Part shown: positions 56,474 through 64,000 of the stretch, in pieces
How the letters are laid out: each line of letters begins with the position of its first letter
Numbering within the stretch: the stretch's first letter is position 1
Assembly (NCBI GenBank): GCA_963781585.1
Contig: CAWAGQ010000015.1
Span: forward strand, 1 to 64,000
Reading direction: 5' to 3'
DNA from: an uncultured Gemmatimonadaceae bacterium
GTDB taxonomy: Bacteria; Gemmatimonadota; Gemmatimonadetes; Gemmatimonadales; Gemmatimonadaceae
Length of the DNA stretch: 64,000 nt
Made by a program: the position numbers and the translations under genes
Notes under the pieces: generated by a model
The model's input: only the letters and a program-made list of their open reading frames with translations
Told to the model about the DNA's origin: nothing
The model's database searches: none

Positions 56474-57427
56474 ATGCTTCCCGATTCAATCGTCCGTGCT
56501 GCCGTCGTGCAGCCCACCGGAATGCCATTCGACGCGCCGGGCGCGGTGCGCCGCGTGGGTGAGCTCACCGCGGCGGCCGCGCGCGATGGCGCGCAGCTCG
56601 CGCTCTTCCCGGAGGCGTTCGTGGGCGGATACCCCTGGGGGTTGGTCTTCGGCACCAGCATCGGCCGGCGCACGGCGGAGGGCCGGCGCACCTGGGAGCG
56701 GTACTGGGCGAGTGCGATCGAGGTGCCGGGCGCCGAGACCGCGCAGCTCGGCGAGGCGGCGCGCGAGCATGGTCTGCACCTGGCTGTCGGCGTCATCGAA
56801 CGCGATTCCACGTTCTCGCACGGCACGCTTTTCTGCACGCTCCTCTACTTCGGGCCCGACGGCGCTCTGGCGGGCAAGCATCGCAAACTCAAACCCACTG
56901 CCGCCGAGCGACTGATCTGGGGTGAGGGCGATGGCAGTACGCTCACGGTGCTCGACACCCCGCTCGGCAGAGTTGGTGGGCTGATCTGCTGGGAGAACTA
57001 CATGCCCTTGGCGCGGATGGCCATGTACGCCAAGGGCGTGCAGATCTACCTCGCGCCCACGGCCGATGCGCGCGAGCGCTGGCAGGCGACGCTGCGCCAT
57101 ATTGCGCTGGAGGGGCGCTGCTTCGTGCTGGGGTGCAATCAGGTGGTGCGGAAGAGCGATTTCCCGAAGGACCTGGAGGTCGCGCCGGAACTTGATGCCT
57201 GGCCCGACCCGCTCTGCCGCGGCGGGAGCGCCATCTACTCGCCCCAGGGCGACTGCCTTGCCGGTCCGCTGTGGGATGAGGAGGGCGTCCTGATCGCGGA
57301 TCTCGATATCGGCGAGGTGGCGCGCGGTAAATTCGATTTCGACGTCACCGGGCACTATGCCCGGCCCGACGTGTTTCAGCTACAGGTGAATGAAAGCGCG
57401 AAGGAGCCGGTAATCAGGAGTCAGTGA
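56474..57427 (+). CDS. Nitrilase (carbon-nitrogen hydrolase)
   Basis: Triad motifs FPEAF, HRKLKPT, ICWEN; DVTGHYARPD. Confidence 0.93.
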   Translation: MLPDSIVRAAVVQPTGMPFDAPGAVRRVGELTAAAARDGAQLALFPEAFVGGYPWGLVFGTSIGRRTAEGRRTWERYWASAIEVPGAETAQLGEAAREHGLHLAVGVIERDSTFSHGTLFCTLLYFGPDGALAGKHRKLKPTAAERLIWGEGDGSTLTVLDTPLGRVGGLICWENYMPLARMAMYAKGVQIYLAPTADARERWQATLRHIALEGRCFVLGCNQVVRKSDFPKDLEVAPELDAWPDPLCRGGSAIYSPQGDCLAGPLWDEEGVLIADLDIGEVARGKFDFDVTGHYARPDVFQLQVNESAKEPVIRSQ

Positions 57428-57480
57428 CCAGCTTTCAGCCGTCAGCAACCAGTTCAGGCATTCAACAGCCAGCAACCTGC
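57414..57480. repeat. TCAGCNN heptamer array overlapping the nitrilase stop
   Basis: tcaggag tcagtga ccagctt tcagccg tcagcaa ccag. Confidence 0.6.
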
Positions 57481-57491
57481 GACATACATCC

Positions 57492-59255
57492 ATGTCTCGC
57501 CGCCTCGTTTTCGTCCTGATCCTCGCTCTCCTTCCCCTCGAGCCGCTCGCGGCCCAGCCGGCCCGCACCTTCACGCACGCCGATACGCTGCGCGGGTCGT
57601 TCGATACTCCCGGCCGTGTGTGGTGGGACGTCGCGTTCTACGACCTTCACGTCGCGATCCATCCGGCCGACAGCAGCATCCGCGGCTACAACGCCATCAG
57701 CTACCGCGTGCTGCAGCCCGCCCGCCAGATGCAGATCGACCTGATGGTGCCGCTGGAGGTGGACAGCATGATCCAGGACGGCCACGCGGTCGCCTTTCGT
57801 CGCGACGGGAACGCCTTCTTCGCCACCCTCGCCGCGCCGCAGCGAACGGGCGACCGGAACACCATCATCGTCTACTATCACGGCCAACCGCAGGTCGCGA
57901 AGCGGCCGCCGTGGGATGGAGGATTCACCTGGACCACCGACAGCCTCGGTCATCCCTGGGTGGTGACGACCGATCAGGGCTTGGGCGCAAGCGTCTGGTG
58001 GCCGAACAAGGACACTCAGGCGGACGAACCCGACAGCCAGCGCGTCGCGCTCACAGTTCCCGATCCGATGATCGACGTCTCCAACGGACGCCTCCGGAGC
58101 ACCGTGCATAACGCGGATGGCACTACAACCTATGAGTGGTTCGTGGTGAATCCCATCAACAACTACGCGATCGCTGTCAACGCCGGCACCTACGACCACT
58201 TCTCACAGGTCTACAAGGGCGAAAGCGGGCCGCTTACGCTCGACTTCTGGCCGCTCACGTACCACGCCGAGGCGGCGCGACGCCAGTTCGAGCAGGCGCA
58301 GTCGATGCTGCAGTGCTTCGAGCACTGGTTCGGCCCGTATCCCTGGTACGAGGACGGATACAAGCTGATCGAGGTGCCCCACAACGGGATGGAGCACCAG
58401 AGCGCGGTGGCCTACGGGAACGGCTACGCCAACGGGTATCGGGGCCGCGACGTCTCGTTCACCGGCCTCGGGATGAAGTTCGACTTCATCATCGTGCACG
58501 AGAGCGCCCACGAGTGGTTCGGCAACAACATCACCACCAGGGACATCGCCGACATGTGGGTGCACGAGAGTTTCGCCAATTACGCCGAGAACCTCTATAC
58601 CGAGTGCCTGTTCGGGAAGGAGGCGGGCGCGCAGTACGTCATCGGCTCACGGCGCAACATCCGGAACGACCGCCCAATCATCGGCACCTACGGCGTGAAC
58701 GCCGAAGGGTCGGGCGACATGTACTACAAGGGCGGCAACATGCTCCACACCATCCGCCAGATCGTGGACGACGACGAGAAGTGGCGCGGGATCCTGCGGG
58801 GGCTGAACAAGACGTTCTGGCACCAGACCGTGATGGGGAGCCAGATCGAGCAGTACATCTCGCAGCAGGCGGGCATCGATCTGTCGAAGGTCTTCGATCA
58901 GTATCTGCGCACGCCCAACGTTCCGGTGTTCGAGTATCGGGTGCAGAGGCCAGAGGCCACAGGCCAGAGGCCAGAGGCCATCGCAGATCGGCCACAGGCC
59001 ACAGCTCCGAGGCCACAGTTCATACCCGGTGGTCCACAGGCTACTCTCGCCTACCGGTGGAGCGGCGTGATCGACGGTTTCGACATGCCGCTCAAGGTCA
59101 CCGTCTCGGATTCCGGGTTCGCAGTGATCCATCCGACCGAGACGTGGCAGTCGATGTCGGTGCATCTCACCAACCCGGACGACTTCAAGGTCGATCCCAG
59201 CTTTTTCGTGACGGTGCGCAGGGTCGAGGGCGGCGAACGGGACTCGAGGCCATGA
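57492..59255 (+). CDS. Secreted M1-family metallo-aminopeptidase
   Basis: Signal peptide; GMEHQ, HESAHEWFGN..WVHE, YYKG. Confidence 0.93.
   Translation: MSRRLVFVLILALLPLEPLAAQPARTFTHADTLRGSFDTPGRVWWDVAFYDLHVAIHPADSSIRGYNAISYRVLQPARQMQIDLMVPLEVDSMIQDGHAVAFRRDGNAFFATLAAPQRTGDRNTIIVYYHGQPQVAKRPPWDGGFTWTTDSLGHPWVVTTDQGLGASVWWPNKDTQADEPDSQRVALTVPDPMIDVSNGRLRSTVHNADGTTTYEWFVVNPINNYAIAVNAGTYDHFSQVYKGESGPLTLDFWPLTYHAEAARRQFEQAQSMLQCFEHWFGPYPWYEDGYKLIEVPHNGMEHQSAVAYGNGYANGYRGRDVSFTGLGMKFDFIIVHESAHEWFGNNITTRDIADMWVHESFANYAENLYTECLFGKEAGAQYVIGSRRNIRNDRPIIGTYGVNAEGSGDMYYKGGNMLHTIRQIVDDDEKWRGILRGLNKTFWHQTVMGSQIEQYISQQAGIDLSKVFDQYLRTPNVPVFEYRVQRPEATGQRPEAIADRPQATAPRPQFIPGGPQATLAYRWSGVIDGFDMPLKVTVSDSGFAVIHPTETWQSMSVHLTNPDDFKVDPSFFVTVRRVEGGERDSRP
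58944..59043 (+). repeat. Intragenic CASAGGC heptamer array
   Basis: cagaggc cagaggc cacaggc cagaggc cagaggc..cacaggc cacagct ccgaggc cacag, in frame inside the M1 gene. Confidence 0.85.
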
Positions 59256-59286
59256 GCCGCGTCCACCGCGCACCACCGGTACGGCC

Positions 59287-60948
59287 ATGAACCGTCGCCG
59301 GTTTCTGGAGCAGTCTGCCGCGTTAGGTGGCCTCGCGGTCCTCGGCGCGGCGGCGCCAGCCTCCATCCCCCTCGTGCGATCCGCCCGCCGGTCCCGGCGC
59401 GCCATGCTCGCCGATTCGCACATCGAGATCCTCCTCGACGAGCCCATCGGCACCATCGCCCCGGAGCTCTACGGACACTTCACCGAACATCTGGGCGGCG
59501 TGATCTACGACGGCCTCTGGGTAGGAGAGGATTCACGGGTCCCGAACGTCGGCGGAATCCGGAAGGCCCTCGTGGACGCCCTGCGTGTGATCCATCCCTC
59601 GGTAATCCGCTGGCCCGGCGGGTGCTTCGCCGACTCCTACGACTGGCGCGACGGGGTCGGACCCCGCGACAATCGTCCCACGCGCGTCAACTTCTGGTCC
59701 GACGATCCCCACCTCAAGACGCTCGGCAACGTCCCGCAGAAGTACGAGCCCAACCGGTTCGGCACCAACGAATTCGCGCGCTTCTGCAGCCAGGTGAGCG
59801 CGCAGCCCTACTTCGGCGCAAACGTGCGCACCCAGCCGGCCGGCGTGTTTCACGAGTGGGTGGAGTATTGCAATGCGCCCGCCGGGAGCACCACGCTCGC
59901 CAGGCTGCGTGAGGCGGGCGGCGAGCGCGATCCGCTCGGCGTACGCTACTGGGGGATCGGCAACGAGTCGTGGGGGTGCGGCGGCAACTTCACGCCCGAG
60001 GAGTACGCGGAGAACTTCCGGCGCTATGCCACCTGGTCGGTCCCGGAGTTCGGCGTGCAGCTGGCCTTCGTGGGATCAGGGCCGAACGGGGGCGATTACG
60101 ACTGGACCCGCCGAGCCTTTCGCGCGCTCGCCGAGCGCAACGACCTGGGGCGACTGTGGGGATGGGCGCTGCACCACTACTGCAGCGCCCCCGGCGGTGA
60201 GGCCGTCGCCTACAGCGACACCGACTGGTACGAGCTCCTGGCGAGCGCCAACCGGATCGAGTCGCTGATCACGGGTCACTGGCAGGTGATGCGCGAGTCG
60301 GACCGGCAGCATCGCGTGAAGCTGGTGGTGGACGAGTGGGGGGCGTGGCACAAGATGACCACCAATGTCGACCCCACGCATCTCTTCGGGCAGCAGTCCA
60401 CGGTGCGGGACGCGCTGGTGGCGGGGCTCACCCTCGACATCTTCAACCGCCATGCCGACAAGGTGGCGATGGCGAACATCGCCCAGCTCGTCAACTGCAT
60501 CCAGTCGCTGTTCCTGGCGCACGAGGACAAGTTCGTGGTCACGCCGACGTATCACGTGTTCGGGATGTACACGCCGCACCACGGAGGACAGTCGCTGCGG
60601 ACCCTCGTGTCGGCGCCGGTCATCTCATGGACCGACACCCAGCGTCGGCCGCAACAGTTCTGGGGACTCGCCGGCTCAGCGTCGCTTCGCGAGAACGTCG
60701 TGACGCTCACGGTCACCAACCCGCACCTGAGCGAAGCGCGCGACGTGGAGATCGTGGTGCGCGGAGGGACCGCTCGTTCGGTGCAGGCCACGGTTCTGAC
60801 CAATGCCGATGTGCGCGCTCACAACACGTTCGACCAGCCGCGCGCGGTGCAGCCGCGACAGGCGGACGTTCAGGCGGCGGCGGGCGCGATGGTGTACCAC
60901 GCTCCCGCGGCATCGGTCAGCCGGTTGGATATCGCGCTCGGCGCCTGA
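59287..60948 (+). CDS. abfA: GH51 alpha-L-arabinofuranosidase, Tat-exported
   Basis: NRRRFL Tat motif; GHFTEHLG, RWPGGCFAD, WGIGNE, VDEWG, MANIAQLVN. Confidence 0.93.
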   Translation: MNRRRFLEQSAALGGLAVLGAAAPASIPLVRSARRSRRAMLADSHIEILLDEPIGTIAPELYGHFTEHLGGVIYDGLWVGEDSRVPNVGGIRKALVDALRVIHPSVIRWPGGCFADSYDWRDGVGPRDNRPTRVNFWSDDPHLKTLGNVPQKYEPNRFGTNEFARFCSQVSAQPYFGANVRTQPAGVFHEWVEYCNAPAGSTTLARLREAGGERDPLGVRYWGIGNESWGCGGNFTPEEYAENFRRYATWSVPEFGVQLAFVGSGPNGGDYDWTRRAFRALAERNDLGRLWGWALHHYCSAPGGEAVAYSDTDWYELLASANRIESLITGHWQVMRESDRQHRVKLVVDEWGAWHKMTTNVDPTHLFGQQSTVRDALVAGLTLDIFNRHADKVAMANIAQLVNCIQSLFLAHEDKFVVTPTYHVFGMYTPHHGGQSLRTLVSAPVISWTDTQRRPQQFWGLAGSASLRENVVTLTVTNPHLSEARDVEIVVRGGTARSVQATVLTNADVRAHNTFDQPRAVQPRQADVQAAAGAMVYHAPAASVSRLDIALGA

Positions 60949-62954
60949 ATCCGTCGCGCCGCCTGACGTGACGCTGTGTCCGGCGGCATGTAGAGTGGCT
61001 GGACGACGGGCCAGCCGAGAATGGGGGTCAACACCGTGGGGTCGATCTTCCGTTCGCCCACCGGGAAACTGAAGCCATGAGGAAGTGGGTGTAACGCGGG
61101 CTTGGCAACCCTGGCCGCACGTGCCAGCCGGTCCGGTCCGGCGGATTCACGTTCGGACGTGCCCCGCTGACGCGTTCGAACAGCTGCGCCGTCCCTTAGC
61201 ACCGGGGGCTTCGCGGGGATCACCCATTCGATTCGTTTCACCAGGCTGTCGTACACGGTGAGAAGCGTGTCTGCGATCGAGGTCGCTCCGTGGCGCACCT
61301 GCAATCGAATCGGTCGTTCGCGCACGACCCCGCATACTCGGAACCGCCCTTCCGGATCCACCGAAACCATCTGACCCGCGCCGAGGACCCCCAGGTTCCC
61401 GGTTGCGGTTTCGGTCGCCCAATCGATCCGGACGTTGCCCTTGTAGTCGGCCTGCCACGTCGCCCACACCTCGGCATCGGCAACAGGACGGTGGTCGGAG
61501 GTGGTTAGTCGCCCAACGACAATCGATGAACGCTCAGGCAGCTTTTGGCCCTTGCATGAGTGCCGCAGACTCTCGATCAGAGGAGAGAGGCGGATGGTCA
61601 CGTCTGTCTGTGGCGCGCGACGCAGGTCGATGCTCCGCGAAGCTGTCCGCGCTGGCGCATATTCGACGAGAGCGGTGTCCACGGCGTCGATCACATAGTG
61701 GCCGGGGACCACAGGCCACAGGGAGAATGCGCCGTCGGCGTCGGAGGTGACCGTGTCGGCGGTACCCAGGAGAAAGATCATCACGTTGTCCATGGGCCGG
61801 CCGGTGCCCTTCTCCGACACGTGTCCGGTCACACGACTGGTCGGGGCTGCCCAGTGTGCGCTGTCGGGCCACGCGGCGCTCATCACTTCTCCTCCTTTCT
61901 CCCGGATTTCGACCACCTGGAGGTCAAGCCGCTCGGTGCGTCGCGTGTCTTCTCGGACGTCAACCCGGGTCGCGGATCGAATCGCGGGTGGGAGCGGGCT
62001 CATGACCGGAATGCGCATCACCCACTGCTCGATGAACACCACCCCGTTAGGCATGGAGTGGAACCTCAGCGCGCCACCGGCTCCGGCGCGTTGCGCCGCT
62101 CTCTCCAGACCGGTGAACTGGAACTCGAGGGTGCGAAGGGCCGGCACCTTGGCGTCGAGCCACAACACGCCCGCGACATCGACAAGCGAATCGCGCCCGG
62201 GGATCGGGTCGAAGGCGAGGCCCACCTGATCCGGATGCGCGCTGTTGGCGCGCTGGAATCCGAGACAGTGCGTCGACGCAAACGTCGGGTCCAGCAGGAC
62301 GTCGGCGTCAGGAGCGCTATACGATCGCTCGGTCGAGTCCTCCTGCATATACCCTTTGGCCACGAACTCCGATGGCGGCGCCGACGCAAGAAATGGTCTG
62401 GTGGTACGACCAGACTGGAATCGCACCACCTGACTGCGAACAAGATCGTCGCCGGGGTGCATCGTGCGCTCGTAGACCAGCATGGTGGCGATCGCCGGCT
62501 TCGACTCGCGCGCCACCACGGCGGCCAGTAACCCGGCGCGTGCCTGATCCCATAGCTCCACAGCCGCATCCCGCGACGCGGACCCGGGACAGAGTTTCTC
62601 TCCAGATACCTTCACCGCGCTCAGAAGCGGCGGCAGTCGTTCCATGCTGATTTCGAATCCCCGGCCATCCGGTGTAGTCGGGATGTCGAGCTCATGCGGA
62701 CGAAAGCCAATGCGAACAACCCGCAGCCGTCTCGCGGAGGCGGTCACGACGATGGTGAATCGCCCGGTCGCGTCCGCAATCGTCCGCGCGGTGACGTCTC
62801 CCGCTGCGTCGAGGGACGAAACAACGGCGCCCGGAACGGGCAGCTGGCTCACGCTGTCCCGCACAACACCGGGCAGTTGCTGCGCACCAGCGGAGCGGAT
62901 CGCTCCTGCGAGAGCGAACCCGAGGAAGGCACGGCAATGACCTGAACCCCACAT
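60870..62954 (-). CDS. Secreted multi-repeat carboxypeptidase-regulatory-like domain protein
   Basis: GVVRDSVSQLPVPGA..ADATGRF..RIGF; later repeats GHVSE..SDADGAF and EGRFRVCGV; last ~110 codons look poorly coding. Confidence 0.75.
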   Translation of the reverse strand: MWGSGHCRAFLGFALAGAIRSAGAQQLPGVVRDSVSQLPVPGAVVSSLDAAGDVTARTIADATGRFTIVVTASARRLRVVRIGFRPHELDIPTTPDGRGFEISMERLPPLLSAVKVSGEKLCPGSASRDAAVELWDQARAGLLAAVVARESKPAIATMLVYERTMHPGDDLVRSQVVRFQSGRTTRPFLASAPPSEFVAKGYMQEDSTERSYSAPDADVLLDPTFASTHCLGFQRANSAHPDQVGLAFDPIPGRDSLVDVAGVLWLDAKVPALRTLEFQFTGLERAAQRAGAGGALRFHSMPNGVVFIEQWVMRIPVMSPLPPAIRSATRVDVREDTRRTERLDLQVVEIREKGGEVMSAAWPDSAHWAAPTSRVTGHVSEKGTGRPMDNVMIFLLGTADTVTSDADGAFSLWPVVPGHYVIDAVDTALVEYAPARTASRSIDLRRAPQTDVTIRLSPLIESLRHSCKGQKLPERSSIVVGRLTTSDHRPVADAEVWATWQADYKGNVRIDWATETATGNLGVLGAGQMVSVDPEGRFRVCGVVRERPIRLQVRHGATSIADTLLTVYDSLVKRIEWVIPAKPPVLRDGAAVRTRQRGTSERESAGPDRLARAARVAKPALHPLPHGFSFPVGERKIDPTVLTPILGWPVVQPLYMPPDTASRQAARRIQAPSAISNRLTDAAGAWYTIAPAAA

Positions 62955-63162
62955 CGGCAGCTATCCTTTGGGTTCGGCTGCATGAATACGCCCCCCGCCC
63001 CGCCCTGTCCATGTTGTCCGGAGAAAATTCTGTGACCGCCAGGATGCAACGCGCACTCATCACCCGCCCCCGTCGCTCCACGGCGCAACGTTCAGTGGGC
63101 CGGGCCGACGTGCGGACCGAACGCCAGCGCCTAACGTGACTCCGAGTCCCGCATTGCGGACC

Positions 63163-63999
63163 TCAAGACCCCTTCCGTCCGCCACGCGGCGCCGTGAACC
63201 GCGCGACATCGAGATTCGCCTCACGCAGCAGCGCGGCAAAGCGTGGACTCTGTCGCACCGGGTCGTACGCGGGATCGAGCAAAATGACAAACGATATCCA
63301 CAGCGGTCCCGTCGATCGTGCGGTCCGCTCTATTGCGCTGAGCGCACCCGCGTTGTCTCCGAGCGCCAGGAGAACCGAGGCCTTCTCCATGTCGGCATAC
63401 CACGGGCGCGGGGTGCTCGCGTCCACGGCGCGGACCATCCGATTCGCAGTCGTCGTGTCTCCCAGCTTGGCGTACACGTATGGCGCCAGCGACATTCCTC
63501 CCGACTGGACGAGTGCAGGCAGGAATCGTCGCGCGTCATCGTTTCTCCCCAGGCCGAGATAAATCTGGGCACCCATGTCCGCCATCGCGAGCAGCGTCGA
63601 ATCGAGCGTGAACGCCCGCTCGATCTCGGTCATCGCGGAATCAACCCGGCCGCTGTGGAAGTAGGCGGCCGCCGTCCAGGCGGAGACCAGCGGCGACACG
63701 GGCTCGACCCTCCCCGCCCGTGCGAGCAGGGCGAGCGCCTCGTTGAACTCGCCGCGCACGACCAGGTTGCGCGCCCAGGTGTGGAGGGCCTCGAAGTTCT
63801 TGGCCTCGAGTGCCAGCGCGCTCCGGAATTCCCCGTCTGACGCCTCCCACTGGCCGGCATCCGCGTAGGTTTGGCCGAGCGCGGTGTGGGCATCGGCCAG
63901 CTCGGGGTCGAGCGCGAGCGCCAATTTGGCCTCGCTGATGACGCGGGCCTCCAGTTCCGCGGGTGCGATTCCGAGGAAATACGGTTCGAACGTGAGCGC
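63163..63999 (-). CDS. TPR-repeat C-terminal part of a larger protein, 5'-truncated; possibly a kinase- or cyclase-TPR fusion
   Basis: Frame open to the window edge; ALALDPELADAHTALG TPR motifs; tail LDPAYDPVRQSPRF. Confidence 0.75.
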   Translation of the reverse strand, partial: ALTFEPYFLGIAPAELEARVISEAKLALALDPELADAHTALGQTYADAGQWEASDGEFRSALALEAKNFEALHTWARNLVVRGEFNEALALLARAGRVEPVSPLVSAWTAAAYFHSGRVDSAMTEIERAFTLDSTLLAMADMGAQIYLGLGRNDDARRFLPALVQSGGMSLAPYVYAKLGDTTTANRMVRAVDASTPRPWYADMEKASVLLALGDNAGALSAIERTARSTGPLWISFVILLDPAYDPVRQSPRFAALLREANLDVARFTAPRGGRKGS

Positions 64000-64000
64000 C

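Noticed and set aside
60870..61200. 79-bp convergent overlap with the GH51 gene and a long C-terminal tail
   Set aside because: Most simply a lost stop codon or sequence error; no sign of function.

Overview
GC-rich (roughly 68-70% by eye), gene-dense bacterial chromosomal window with about 51 CDS. I found no rRNA, tRNA, CRISPR array, integrase or transposase. Gene content (many secreted S9/M1/M20/M28 peptidases, carboxypeptidase-regulatory-like proteins, an ECF sigma/HEAT operon, a TPR tail) suggests Gemmatimonadota; this is inference. Main content: two two-component systems, D-amino-acid enzymes, a pentose (probably L-arabinose) pathway split over two loci, and assorted hydrolases. Most notable: (1) a membrane protein at 38035-39204 carrying both PmoC/AmoC copper-site motifs, followed by a protein with PmoB-like topology and then Mo-oxidoreductase, FAD reductase and ZnF-UBP genes, together a candidate divergent copper-membrane-monooxygenase-like system; (2) an over-represented octamer GCCTAACG/CGTTAGGC (19 exact copies counted by eye) on both strands and in several reading frames; (3) a serine protease followed by a lipoprotein that is a free-standing copy of its own N-terminal domain; (4) heptamer tandem-repeat arrays, one inserted in frame in a peptidase gene. 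All family calls come from motif recognition, not database searches, and start codons were chosen by eye.
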